Shown piece after piece: positions 18,180-28,136 of a stretch of 64,000 nucleotides of DNA. A program made the position numbers and the translations under genes. This DNA comes from a virus. Taxonomy: Duplodnaviria; Heunggongvirae; Uroviricota; Caudoviricetes. Below the pieces are notes generated by a model. The model was not told the origin of the DNA and ran no database searches. It worked only from the letters and a program-made list of their open reading frames with translations. Location: the IMG/VR virus record IMGVR_UViG_2737471993_000002; one strand, 5' to 3'. Position 1 is the stretch's first letter, and each line of letters opens with the position of its first letter.

Positions 18180-21100
18180 ATGTGGTACAGGGAAGGTACT
18201 ATCACATTTACACAGGGCAGCAATACTCTGGTTGGGGCAGGGACAGCCTGGAACGTAACAGCTAATGGTGTGTTGCCGGGGATGATCGTCATTGGCCCCG
18301 ACAATAAGCTGTATGAGATCAAGCGCGTAACCAGTGATACGAACATTGTTCTCTCAGAACCTTATACCGGCGAAACTCAGTCTGAAGTTCCGTGCCGAAT
18401 CATTACGACCTATGAAGGCGACTTAACACAGTTTAGCGCGCGCTTTACAGCACTAATGTCGCGTATGTCGGCTGATTCCAAGTCCATGCGCAGTTGGTTG
18501 ACTGCTCTGGATGAGGTGACAATCGAGCGTGAAGACGGTACAGAAGTGACCGTTAAGCCGCTAATGCAGATCGTCAACGAGCACAACGAAAACGTTGAGT
18601 GGTATAAAAATAACACTGACGCGATTGATGCTGCTGGCGACAAAGCTCGTGAGGCGGCGGCCAGTGCTGCCGCAGCAGCAGAAAGCGCCAATACCGCTGG
18701 AGAAAAAGCCTCTCAAGCGTCTCAAAGTGCATCCGCTGCAGAGTCCTCAAAAAGCGCGGCGGCCACCAGTGCCGGTGCCGCGAAAACGTCTGAAACGAAT
18801 GCTGCAGCGTCACAAAAATCTGCAGCCACTTCTGCATCCACCGCGACCACGAAGGCGTCAGAAGCTGCCACCTCAGCCCGGGATGCGGCGGCCTCAAAAG
18901 AGGCAGCGAAATCATCAGAAACGAGCGCAGCCTCGAGCGCCAGTAATGCCGCTTCCTCGGCAACGGCGGCAGGAAATTCCGCGAAGGCGGCAAAAACGTC
19001 CGAGACGAACGCCAGGTCTTCTGAAACGGCAGCGGGACAGAGCGCCTCGGCTGCGGCAGGCTCAAAAACAGCGGCTGCGTCGTCTGCCAGTGCCGCGTCA
19101 ACAAGTGCCGGGCAGGCCTCAGCCAGTGCCACCGCCGCCGGAAAATCGGCAGAAAGTGCCGCATCGTCTGCTTCAACAGCCACAACGAAGGCTGGCGAAG
19201 CCACTGAACAGGCCAGCGCAGCAGCGAGGTCTGCTTCCGCAGCGAAGACATCCGAAACGAACGCGAAAGCGTCGGAAACCCGTGCAGAATCCTCAAAAAC
19301 GGCAGCCGCATCGTCCGCCAGTTCGGCAGCGTCATCGGCATCATCTGCGTCTGCTTCAAAAGATGAGGCGACCAGACAGGCGTCAGCAGCGAAGGGCAGC
19401 GCCACGACGGCATCCACGAAAGCAACAGAGGCGGCAGGCAGTGCGACGGCAGCATCTCAGAGCAAAACTGCTGCTGAATCCGCTGCGACCCGTGCGGAAG
19501 CTGCTGCTGATCGTGCTGAAGAGATTGCCGGTGCAGTTGCGATGGAAGACGCAAGCCTTACAACTAAAGGTGTTGTGAAACTTAGCAGTGCTGTCGACAG
19601 CACCAGTGAATCGCTGGCCGCAACGCCAAAAGCAGTTAAAGTAGTCAATGACAATGCGAACAGCAGGGTGCCATCTAACCGAAAAATTAACGGGAAAGCA
19701 CTGACTGCGGATATCACATTAACGCCGAAAGATATTGGTACTTTAAATTCAATAACGATGTCTTTCTCTGGCGGGGCCGGGTGGTTCAAACTGGCTACTG
19801 TTACAATGCCACAAGCGAGTTCCATCGTTTACATCGCATTGATTGGTGGCGCTGGTTACAACGTCGGCTCCCCACATCAGGCAGGCATTTCAGAACTGGT
19901 TCTACGAGCAGGCAATGGAAACCCCAAAGGGATTACAGGTGCTTTGTGGAAGCGTACAGCTGTCGGATTAACGAATTTCGCCTGGATCAACACATCCGGC
20001 GATACATATGATATTTACGTTGAGATTGGCAATTATGCGACTCGTGTAAATATCCATTGGGATTGTACTGCAAATGCGACAGTTTCTATTTATACATCGC
20101 CAACATATTCAGCGAGTAAGCCTTCCAGCGTTACCGATGGTGTTGTTTATACGATGTATAGCACACATCAGAAACCGACGCCGTTAGATATTGGAGCACT
20201 GCCAACAACCGGAGGAACAGTTTCAGGTCAGTTGTCTGTTACTGGTGGGATCACCGGAACATTAAATGGTAATGCAAGTACAGCAACGAAATTGCAGACG
20301 GCAAGATCTATCGGTGGAGTTGGTTTCGACGGTTCTGCAAATATCAACCTTCCAGGTGTAAATACTACGGGTAATCAGAACACCACTGGTAATGCTGCAA
20401 CTGCTACAAAACTTCAGACGGCAAGAACTATCGGCGGCGTGAGCTTTGATGGTACTGCGAATATTAATTTGCCAGGTGTTAATACGGCTGGTAATCAGAA
20501 TACAACGGGCAACGCGGCTACTGCTACGAAGTTGCAGACTGCGCGTACTATCAATGGGGTGTCGTTTGACGGCTCGGCAAATATTTCCTTGTCGCCAGCA
20601 AATATAGGTTGCCCGGCATCTCCTACTGGTTGGTTAACTACAGGAAGTAATGGCGGAGCAATAACAACAGCACAGTTAGTGACGTTATTGCAAAATAATG
20701 GAGCATTTAACACAAAGTCATGGATTGCTCGATGTGCGTGGGCCTATGCCAATAGTGCAACCATACCAAATAGTGAAACTGGTTGTGGCGTTATTCCATT
20801 GGCAGGAGCTGTTATAGAGGTATTTAATAACGGTAGTAGCTCAAACAATTATACGATCCGTATAACAACGGCCACAACGACGAGTGTCTCTGGTGCTCTC
20901 ACTAATGCGGAGTTTATCTATGTATTTAATGGCACATATTATTCTCCGGGATGGCGAAGAGTATATAACACGAAAAACAAACCAACAGCCTCTGATGTCG
21001 GTGCATTACCTCTTACCGGTGGTACATTATCTGGAGGTTTGACATCTTCTGGCGAGATCATTTCAAAATATGCAAATGGTTTCCGCATTGCTTACGGTAG

Positions 21101-22208
21101 CTTTGGGTTCTTTATCCGTAATGATGGATCGAACACATATTTCATGCTAACAGCATCAGGAGACACATTAGGTTCATGGAACGGTTTGCGACCAATTACA
21201 ATTAATAATACCAGCGGTGCTGTATCAATTGGTAATGGACTAAATGTGACTGGTGGCGTAAATGGTAGTTTGAACGGTAATGCTTCAACAGCTACGAAGT
21301 TGCAAACAGCGAGAAACATCAATGGTGTTAAGTTTGATGGCTCAGGCGATATCAACATTAATACATTGGTATCTCGTGGCCGAGTTACGGCGTTAAGCGG
21401 CTCTACTCAAGGCACTGCTGGCATTCAAATGTACGAGGCGTACAACAATAGCTACCCGACCACGTATGGCAACGTATTGCACATGAAAGGTGCGAGTGCT
21501 GCTGGTGAGGGCGAGTTGCTTATTGGCTGGAGTGGTACGAGCGGTGCACATGCGCCAGTTTTCATTCGCTCACGAAGAGATACCACAGATGCGGCATGGT
21601 CAGCGTGGGCGCAGGTATATACTGCTAAGGATTCAATCCCTGGTGTGAATACAACCGGTAATCAGAATACTACTGGTAATGCCGCAACAGCCACAAAATT
21701 GCAGACAGCAAGGAAAATTGCTGGTGTGGCGTTTGATGGCTCTGCCGATATTACTTTGACTGCGGCTAACCTTAATGCCTATACGAAAACAGAGGTAACA
21801 AACCTTCTAAGTTCCTATGTGAAGAGCAGTGCTCTTCCAAGTATGACTGTGCGAACTTCCTCTGTTTCAGGTGGGGATATGGGCATGAGTTTGTCCACAT
21901 TCATTAGCCACCTAAAATCAAATGGGGCGTTTAGCAAAAGTTATTGGATTGGCTTTGGCGATGCTATGGGATTCAATGCTGGCAGTATCAACAATATAAC
22001 GGGATTTGGTGCTGTAGAATTAGCAGAATCTATAATCGAAGTTTTTAATCTACCTAACGGTGATTATACAATTCGTTTAACAACGTCACATAAAGCTGAC
22101 TACGGTGGAGTTACAAACGCAATCCTCGTTTATCACTACCGTAGTAATAGAAGTCCGTCAGGTCAATGGCTGAAATTTGCAGGTACTGTTGGGGCAACAA
22201 GTAACTGA
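18180..22208 (+). CDS. tail fibre protein with Ala/Ser-rich repeat region and phage tail-fibre repeats
   Basis: N-terminal third is built of degenerate A/S-rich units (AAKTSETNA.SSE.AA). Downstream are six copies of GN(A)ATATKLQTAR.I.GV.FDGS.(N/D)I.L, the signature of lambdoid side-tail-fibre repeats. Confidence 0.8.
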   Translation: MWYREGTITFTQGSNTLVGAGTAWNVTANGVLPGMIVIGPDNKLYEIKRVTSDTNIVLSEPYTGETQSEVPCRIITTYEGDLTQFSARFTALMSRMSADSKSMRSWLTALDEVTIEREDGTEVTVKPLMQIVNEHNENVEWYKNNTDAIDAAGDKAREAAASAAAAAESANTAGEKASQASQSASAAESSKSAAATSAGAAKTSETNAAASQKSAATSASTATTKASEAATSARDAAASKEAAKSSETSAASSASNAASSATAAGNSAKAAKTSETNARSSETAAGQSASAAAGSKTAAASSASAASTSAGQASASATAAGKSAESAASSASTATTKAGEATEQASAAARSASAAKTSETNAKASETRAESSKTAAASSASSAASSASSASASKDEATRQASAAKGSATTASTKATEAAGSATAASQSKTAAESAATRAEAAADRAEEIAGAVAMEDASLTTKGVVKLSSAVDSTSESLAATPKAVKVVNDNANSRVPSNRKINGKALTADITLTPKDIGTLNSITMSFSGGAGWFKLATVTMPQASSIVYIALIGGAGYNVGSPHQAGISELVLRAGNGNPKGITGALWKRTAVGLTNFAWINTSGDTYDIYVEIGNYATRVNIHWDCTANATVSIYTSPTYSASKPSSVTDGVVYTMYSTHQKPTPLDIGALPTTGGTVSGQLSVTGGITGTLNGNASTATKLQTARSIGGVGFDGSANINLPGVNTTGNQNTTGNAATATKLQTARTIGGVSFDGTANINLPGVNTAGNQNTTGNAATATKLQTARTINGVSFDGSANISLSPANIGCPASPTGWLTTGSNGGAITTAQLVTLLQNNGAFNTKSWIARCAWAYANSATIPNSETGCGVIPLAGAVIEVFNNGSSSNNYTIRITTATTTSVSGALTNAEFIYVFNGTYYSPGWRRVYNTKNKPTASDVGALPLTGGTLSGGLTSSGEIISKYANGFRIAYGSFGFFIRNDGSNTYFMLTASGDTLGSWNGLRPITINNTSGAVSIGNGLNVTGGVNGSLNGNASTATKLQTARNINGVKFDGSGDININTLVSRGRVTALSGSTQGTAGIQMYEAYNNSYPTTYGNVLHMKGASAAGEGELLIGWSGTSGAHAPVFIRSRRDTTDAAWSAWAQVYTAKDSIPGVNTTGNQNTTGNAATATKLQTARKIAGVAFDGSADITLTAANLNAYTKTEVTNLLSSYVKSSALPSMTVRTSSVSGGDMGMSLSTFISHLKSNGAFSKSYWIGFGDAMGFNAGSINNITGFGAVELAESIIEVFNLPNGDYTIRLTTSHKADYGGVTNAILVYHYRSNRSPSGQWLKFAGTVGATSN

Positions 22209-22398
22209 TTTAGACATTATTTATATGGCTGTGAGGTTTAAAATGCGATCTCACAGCCGCAATCATAGGGATATATTAGTGAGTTACTAGATACGAATTT
22301 GAACAGCCGTTAAACGGTATATGCATAGGTAGGTAAGTATATACCTATAATTGAAAGGAGAAGTGTGATATAAATCCGCCATCCCGATTTGACTTTTC

Positions 22399-22734
22399 AT
22401 GGAGGAAAACATGTCGAACGAGATGGCGGGCGTTACAACAGAGCAAGTTGAGCGTATTGCCGCGATCGTTGCTCGGGAGGTTGTTGGCAAATTAGGTAAA
22501 GAGCTACGTGAAGAAATTGGCCAGGAGGTCAATGATCAGCTGAAAACCTACTTTGGTGATATGACCCCGGCGCAACATAGTATTCAACACTCCAATCTGG
22601 ACAAACTCCTTAACCGGTTAGATTCCATCTCAAGTGGGTTCTTTGGCGGCATTGTTTCTAAAATAACGTCGTTCATTATTACCGCACTGCTTTTGGGGTT
22701 AGCCGCGTATGGCGTAAAAAGTGGACTGCAATAA
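22399..22734 (+). CDS. tail-anchored membrane protein, possible holin
   Basis: 111 aa with a single C-terminal TM helix (ITSFIITALLLGLAAYGV); first gene of an operon after the fibre gene. Holin call is positional only. Confidence 0.35.
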   Translation: MEENMSNEMAGVTTEQVERIAAIVAREVVGKLGKELREEIGQEVNDQLKTYFGDMTPAQHSIQHSNLDKLLNRLDSISSGFFGGIVSKITSFIITALLLGLAAYGVKSGLQ

Positions 22735-23440
22735 CAGGAGATCAAGGATGAAGACTCCGAGAGGCATTCGTAATAATAACCCCGGTAATCTTGATAAAGG
22801 ATCACCGTGGCAAGGTCTGGTTGCGAATCCAGACGAACCGCGCTTTTGCACGTTTAAAGACCCTGTTTGGGGGATTCGTGCGCTGGCGGTGACTCTAATT
22901 ACCTACCACGACAAACGTCGCGCAAAAGACGGCTCAAGTATCGATACCATTCGTGAAGTTATTGAACGTTGGGCACCGCCGAATGAAAACAACACTGACG
23001 CCTACATTAATGAGGTGTCTAAAGCCGTTGGTGTAACCGCAGACATGATCATCGATCTGCATGATTACGACATCCTTCGACCTTTGGTTGAGGCAATCAT
23101 TCGCCACGAGAATGGTCGAGGTCCACTAAAAACGCTGAACACCTGGTATGCGGCAGAAGTTATTGAGGAAGGTCTGCGTCGAGCTGGCGTCGTTAAGCCG
23201 GTGAAAACCGTGAAGGCTGTTCCTGTAACTAAAGAAACCGCTGGCGCAACTGTTACAGCAGGTATTGGTCTGGCGCAGCTGGCCGATGTTATGCCGCAGG
23301 TTTCCGCTGCTATGGATAAAGCACAAGGTCATATCTCTAGCGGGGATACAGTACGCATCATCTTCGGTATTGCCACTATTGTTGTGGCTGGATTTATCGC
23401 CTGGTCGCAGGTAAGAAGACACCAGAAAGGGATGGTCTAA
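22721..23440 (+). CDS. putative cell-wall hydrolase (endolysin-like) with C-terminal membrane anchor
   Basis: 239 aa with GIRNNNPGNL near the N-terminus and a C-terminal TM helix. Placed in a lysis-like cassette by position; enzymatic class not established. Confidence 0.35.
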   Translation: MDCNNRRSRMKTPRGIRNNNPGNLDKGSPWQGLVANPDEPRFCTFKDPVWGIRALAVTLITYHDKRRAKDGSSIDTIREVIERWAPPNENNTDAYINEVSKAVGVTADMIIDLHDYDILRPLVEAIIRHENGRGPLKTLNTWYAAEVIEEGLRRAGVVKPVKTVKAVPVTKETAGATVTAGIGLAQLADVMPQVSAAMDKAQGHISSGDTVRIIFGIATIVVAGFIAWSQVRRHQKGMV

Positions 23441-23441
23441 T

Positions 23442-23693
23442 ATGCTAGGCAGCCTGATGACAAAGCTAAAAGTTGCTTTGATTACGCTGGCTGCCGTTCT
23501 TTTCGTTCTTGTCGGCGCTTACACGATGGGCGGAAATGCGGCGCGACGAGCAATGGAAGAGAAGGCAAAACAGGAAGACAGAAAACGACTTCAAAGCACA
23601 GTGGATGTCAAAAATGAAACGGTTAATGAAGTGCGGCAAAAAGATGCCTCTGGTGTTCATCGCGAGCTGCTTGATAAATGGGTGCGTGATTAA
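23442..23693 (+). CDS. putative i-spanin (Rz-like)
   Basis: 83 aa, N-terminal TM helix followed by a charged, helical periplasmic region. Confidence 0.4.
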   Translation: MLGSLMTKLKVALITLAAVLFVLVGAYTMGGNAARRAMEEKAKQEDRKRLQSTVDVKNETVNEVRQKDASGVHRELLDKWVRD

Positions 23694-23841
23694 GACGCAG
23701 GCTCCAGGCGTGCTATTCTGCGATGCTGCAAATCCTATCTATGTGAGTAGAGAGGATTTTATGACTGAGGAAACGGAGCGACAGTTGCTTATCCACAATA
23801 CGATAGGTGAAAGGCTGTGTGAGTGGGGGCACCTGAACTGA
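23614..23841 (+). CDS. putative o-spanin (Rz1-like lipoprotein) in an overlapping frame
   Basis: +1-frame ORF overlapping the Rz-like gene; internal start MKRLMKCGKKMPLVFIASC gives a lipobox-like IASC, followed by a Pro-containing segment. Start codon uncertain. Confidence 0.3.
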   Translation: MKRLMKCGKKMPLVFIASCLINGCVIKTQAPGVLFCDAANPIYVSREDFMTEETERQLLIHNTIGERLCEWGHLN

Positions 23842-24065
23842 GGCGATGATTGATGAGTGGTCTCAGTTTACCTTTTATCCTAAAGATGGCATCTTCACTC
23901 ATATACACGCCTGTTCACTCAAGCTCATGTTGAATCATTTAGTAATTTGATGTAGATTTATTAGGCATCCACGTAAGTGGGCACATACAGGCTACGCATC
24001 CTCGTAGCCTTCAACCCCGAGAGGGGTGCCGCAATGACACTTGTGTTAACGGCTAAGGTGGACAC

Positions 24066-24449
24066 ATGCTGAACGAGAAACGTTCTATACAAACTATTCG
24101 CGATTGCACGAGTATTATCGAGACTCATGTGCTGAATCAGCACAAGCTTGAAGTACGTAAGCTCAATAATGACGCTATTGAACCGGAAGACTCACGCTTC
24201 ATCGTTACCTTCAAAGACGATGTTGAGCGCGCTGGTGCAAGCGTGAAGCCATTAGCTGAAGCAATTTACCTGAATGGTCGTGTTCGTTTTGTAGTCAAGC
24301 CAGCTAAACAGTACCCTGAGCTGTCTCGTTTTATCGAGGCTTTTTCGGAGGTTATTGAACATTCTATTCGCCGCTTCTTACGCAATCATGGTAGCATTGT
24401 CAGCACGGTTAAGGCTGATGATTCTGCTACAAAATGGCTCCTACACTAG
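24066..24449 (+). CDS. hypothetical protein
   Basis: 127-aa ORF after a ~220-nt intergenic region; no recognisable motif. Confidence 0.45.
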   Translation: MLNEKRSIQTIRDCTSIIETHVLNQHKLEVRKLNNDAIEPEDSRFIVTFKDDVERAGASVKPLAEAIYLNGRVRFVVKPAKQYPELSRFIEAFSEVIEHSIRRFLRNHGSIVSTVKADDSATKWLLH

Positions 24450-25186
24450 ATAGCGCATATTCAAAAGATCTAAGCGAGTTTCCTCATAAAGGGGAGACTC
24501 GTGTTGTTCGTTTTGGCTTTCTTATCAATGAAGCCTCCCTCTATAAAATCTCAGAAATTGAAATCATTGAACCAGAAGATGACATTTGCCTGTATGTCTC
24601 TATGGAACGTGTAGGTGCGCGCAACCAAGGCGACCTGAGCGAATTCATCTTAGATCGAGCGGATGAAGATGCCCCTGAAGAAGAGATTATCAAAGAGGTG
24701 CTCCAGTCCGGGCTTCTGGACGAAAACAAAAATACGATCGCTGGTAGGATAGCTCTGCGTGAATATAGTTTTGTTGAAGACGGTAATGAGATCGAATGTT
24801 ACCAGGTAGCTGGTGTCGAAACTGTCAGAGAGCGTCGTCAGCGAGGATTGTGTCACCGTACCTATCTCTTTCTTCTTCATTGGTATGAGCATTTAGTCTG
24901 CGACGATACACAAACCATTCCTGGTGCTAAGATCTGGGCAGGGCCTCTCATGCGAACCGGCGATGTGCGTATATACAATGCCAAAACAGAAACGTTCGAA
25001 GATGTGTTAGGTGAGTACGGGATGGGGAAAGAAACCGGATTTTTGCCGTGGAACAGAGGATTGTTGCTTGATGCAGAGTTAAGCTCTTGGCTCCCAAACA
25101 AAGTGCAAGTTAACGTTCAGAAATTTATCGTACTTATCATCTCCCGCAAAACAAGAACTCCAGTAGGTTTATACCTAAAAGATTAA
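24434..25186 (+). CDS. hypothetical protein
   Basis: 250-aa ORF overlapping the previous stop; followed by an intrinsic terminator. Confidence 0.5.
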   Translation: MAPTLDSAYSKDLSEFPHKGETRVVRFGFLINEASLYKISEIEIIEPEDDICLYVSMERVGARNQGDLSEFILDRADEDAPEEEIIKEVLQSGLLDENKNTIAGRIALREYSFVEDGNEIECYQVAGVETVRERRQRGLCHRTYLFLLHWYEHLVCDDTQTIPGAKIWAGPLMRTGDVRIYNAKTETFEDVLGEYGMGKETGFLPWNRGLLLDAELSSWLPNKVQVNVQKFIVLIISRKTRTPVGLYLKD

Positions 25187-25191
25187 AAATC

Positions 25192-25214
25192 AGGCGACTT
25201 TGGTCGCCTTTTTT
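25192..25214 (+). terminator. rho-independent terminator
   Basis: AGGCGAC-TTTG-GTCGCCT hairpin followed by TTTTTT. Confidence 0.7.
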
Positions 25215-25362
25215 GTTAACAGCCATTAATTCTCGCCTAAAAATTCTAAGGCAGCACCTACCATTTAACCTTTACACCACAGCCGTAGGCATTTAGGCTA
25301 TATCACATATAAGAAAACAAGTTGTTTCAGACGATAATTATATACGCAAAGGGAACTCTCCA

Positions 25363-26031
25363 ATGACCAAGATCTTTGTGGTTGGCGGCACAAAGGGCGG
25401 GCCTGGCAAATCCACCGTTGCCCAGCAAATTGCCGTTTGCCTGAAAGTCAAAAAGAAGAAGAAGGTTTATATTACCGATATAGATATTCAGCGCACGACA
25501 ACGAGCTGGTGTGAAGACCGTCGACAGAACGAAGACCTTGAGCTGATTCCTTTTGCATACGTTCAGGATGACATCATTAAGCACCTAAAATCGCTTCAGG
25601 GTAGAGCTGAGTTTGTAGTGGTAGATGCTGGTGGCTTCGACTCCGAAATTCAGCGACAAGCGATGCTGATGGCTGACGTTATCATTATCCCGCTGCGTCC
25701 TAAGCGTCGTGATTTGAAATCTTTACGTGACATCGATCCTATTATCGACAATGTTCGCAATGTAAACGATAAAGTGAAGGTCCGCGCGGTCATGAACCAG
25801 TGCCCGGCTTTGCCATCACAAGTGTCTCGCATTCTGGCGGCTAAAGAGATTGTTGAGACGTTTGGCATCGAGTCTGCGCCAGTCAATCTATATAACCGCA
25901 ACGTCTATGATGATGCGGAAGAGTCTGGTCGTTCTATCTTTGAAATGACCGGTAGCGAGCGCGACAAAAAGGCGGAAGCCGAGTTTGAAGAATTTGTAGA
26001 TTATCTGTTGAGTCTGGAGGAAGAAGAATAA
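25363..26031 (+). CDS. parA: ParA-family partition ATPase
   Basis: N-terminal deviant Walker A (VVGGTKGGPGKST), 222 aa, followed by a small overlapping partner gene. Confidence 0.8.
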   Translation: MTKIFVVGGTKGGPGKSTVAQQIAVCLKVKKKKKVYITDIDIQRTTTSWCEDRRQNEDLELIPFAYVQDDIIKHLKSLQGRAEFVVVDAGGFDSEIQRQAMLMADVIIIPLRPKRRDLKSLRDIDPIIDNVRNVNDKVKVRAVMNQCPALPSQVSRILAAKEIVETFGIESAPVNLYNRNVYDDAEESGRSIFEMTGSERDKKAEAEFEEFVDYLLSLEEEE

Positions 26032-26390
26032 TGTCCATGAAAATGGGTGACCTAGCAAAGCGCAAAGAGCCTGATGCACCGGCTAAGAACACAACTCCTT
26101 TGCGCCAACCAGTCAGACCACAGGGACGCCCGACTCGTGGCAAAGAGAAAATTAAAAGCCGCACAATGTCACTGGAAGACGAATACTTCGAACTGCTGGA
26201 GATGATGAAGTTCATCCCTCGCTTCGAGAAGTTCACTCGTTCTGACGTGATTCGAGCAGCCATTTTCCATCTGGCAGAGAAGTCACCGCAGGAAATCGAG
26301 GACATCGTGAAGCTTAACGAGGCGATCACAGCTGCCGACGTTACGATGCGTACCGATGAAATTAAACGAGAGTTGATGAAGAAAGGTTGA
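26031..26390 (+). CDS. small partition-associated DNA-binding protein (ParB/ParG-like)
   Basis: 119-aa basic protein translationally coupled to parA (ATGA-type overlap); role inferred from context. Confidence 0.4.
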   Translation: MSMKMGDLAKRKEPDAPAKNTTPLRQPVRPQGRPTRGKEKIKSRTMSLEDEYFELLEMMKFIPRFEKFTRSDVIRAAIFHLAEKSPQEIEDIVKLNEAITAADVTMRTDEIKRELMKKG

Positions 26391-26392
26391 TT

Positions 26393-26419
26393 ATATTGGG
26401 CGTTTGTTACGCCCAATAT
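26393..26419. other. 10-bp stem hairpin between the partition operon and the KAP NTPase gene
   Basis: ATATTGGGCG-loop-CGCCCAATAT; no T-run, so could be a terminator, an RNA element or a protein-binding palindrome. Confidence 0.4.
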
Positions 26420-26432
26420 ATGAATTAAAGGA

Positions 26433-28136
26433 TTGATACTAATGGAATCGATAGAATCATTTCTAAAAAATTTTCTAGTTTCAGATCATCGGGTTGCCGT
26501 CATAAAAGGAGATTGGGGCGTTGGTAAAACTCATTATTGGAATAGTTTTTATACTAAGCATTCTGAAGGATTAGATTTTAATGCATATTCGTATGTTTCT
26601 TTGTTTGGGGTTAACTCTATTGGTGATATTAAAAAAGCTCTTTATCATTGTGCCACACCAATTAATGAAAAGAAATATAAAGAACTAATTTTATCTGAAA
26701 CGGATCGAACTATGATTCGTTATAGAAATGGGTTTTTGGGATGGTTGAAATACAACTCCTTGTCAAAATTTTTAATACATTTCGGAAAGAACGATTTTTT
26801 TGGGTTCAAAACAGATAACCTGCTGTCATCTCTTGAGTATAAATTTGTTAATAATTATTTGGTTTGTATTGATGATGTTGAAAGAAAAGGTAATTCGCTA
26901 GAAGTTAAAGAAATTATGGGGGTAATTGATGAATTGGCAAGAAGAAAAGGCTGCAAAGTTGTTCTAATTTTAAATGAAGATAATTTACATGATGAAACTG
27001 CAAAAAAACAGTTTTTAGAGTACAGAGAAAAAGTAATTGATGTCGAAATAAAATATGATCCTACGCCTGAGAAGAACTTACGTAAAGTTTTTTATGAAAC
27101 TGATTCTGATTTTCTTTTGTTAAAAGTCTTAGCAAATGACTTAGGCATTAAAAATATCCGTATATTAAATAAAATAAAAACATCTCTGGTTAATCTTAGG
27201 AATGAGCTAAGCTTGGCAGAGGATAAGGTTAGAGAAAGTTTTATCAATAGATTGGTTCTGTTTTCAGTGGTTTACTATTCTGGTGTTCCAGGTGTTGATT
27301 ATGCCTTGTTTAAAGAATCAATTAAAAACATACATGTATTTGATTACATGTTAGATGATAAAAAGGATGATTCTGTATATTCATTTATTAATAGTCTTGA
27401 TATTATTTATGAACGAGCGGAAATTGCTTTCGATGATGACATAGATTTTTATCTCAAGAATGGTTATCTTTCTACTGAAAGCAATATTCGAGGTATAATA
27501 GAAGAAAAAAATAAACAATATAAAGAACACAAGGCTTTATGTGAGGTTAACAATGTTTGGGATATTTTTAGTGACTCATTCAAGGACAATGAATCTGAGT
27601 TTATTTCTAAGATAAAATGTGTAATTAACGACAATCTTTCACACATACCTGTTGCTCACTTCATAGGCTTGATTGATATCTTAAATAGATTGGAGATTGA
27701 TTGTGATAGTTATATAGAGGCATATGCAGATGCCTTTGTTAGCCAAGATGATGCTTATACTGCTTTTCGGAATTTGTATGTAGAGATATTTGGTAACGAA
27801 AAGTTAGGTCTGCTAATTCAAAAAAAATTGATGGATAAGAAGCCTGAAGAGACTAATTTAGAGAATGTTTTATACAAAATAATTGAAGGCAAATTTAATC
27901 ATAGTGACATAGCATATCTTAACAGTTTCTCTGAAGATGATTATTTAAAGTGGATATTATCCCGCAATCAGGATGCTTTGGATTTAGTGAGAAAGGGGTT
28001 GCTCAGATTCAAAAGTATGCAAGAACTAACAGAAGAACAGCAAAAAATCACGAATAAAGCAATAGGTGCATTAACGAAACTGGCCTCTAGATCAAGTCTT
28101 AACAAACTACGTGTGAGCAGATTGCTTAATAATTAA
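26433..28136 (+). CDS. KAP-family P-loop NTPase (AT-rich cargo gene)
   Basis: Walker A GDWGVGKTH and Walker B LVCIDDVER fit the KAP family. The gene is visibly more AT-rich than flanking backbone genes. Confidence 0.6.
   Translation: MILMESIESFLKNFLVSDHRVAVIKGDWGVGKTHYWNSFYTKHSEGLDFNAYSYVSLFGVNSIGDIKKALYHCATPINEKKYKELILSETDRTMIRYRNGFLGWLKYNSLSKFLIHFGKNDFFGFKTDNLLSSLEYKFVNNYLVCIDDVERKGNSLEVKEIMGVIDELARRKGCKVVLILNEDNLHDETAKKQFLEYREKVIDVEIKYDPTPEKNLRKVFYETDSDFLLLKVLANDLGIKNIRILNKIKTSLVNLRNELSLAEDKVRESFINRLVLFSVVYYSGVPGVDYALFKESIKNIHVFDYMLDDKKDDSVYSFINSLDIIYERAEIAFDDDIDFYLKNGYLSTESNIRGIIEEKNKQYKEHKALCEVNNVWDIFSDSFKDNESEFISKIKCVINDNLSHIPVAHFIGLIDILNRLEIDCDSYIEAYADAFVSQDDAYTAFRNLYVEIFGNEKLGLLIQKKLMDKKPEETNLENVLYKIIEGKFNHSDIAYLNSFSEDDYLKWILSRNQDALDLVRKGLLRFKSMQELTEEQQKITNKAIGALTKLASRSSLNKLRVSRLLNN

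Noticed and set aside
18574-19578. Long ORFs on both strands (18574..19554 minus, 18595..19578 plus, 18722..19417 minus, 19457..19825 minus) overlapping the tail fibre gene
   Set aside because: They lie wholly within the Ala/Ser-rich repetitive coding region of the 1342-aa fibre gene. Their translations are low-complexity Pro/Arg/Gln or Ala strings, typical of out-of-frame reading through GC-rich repeats.
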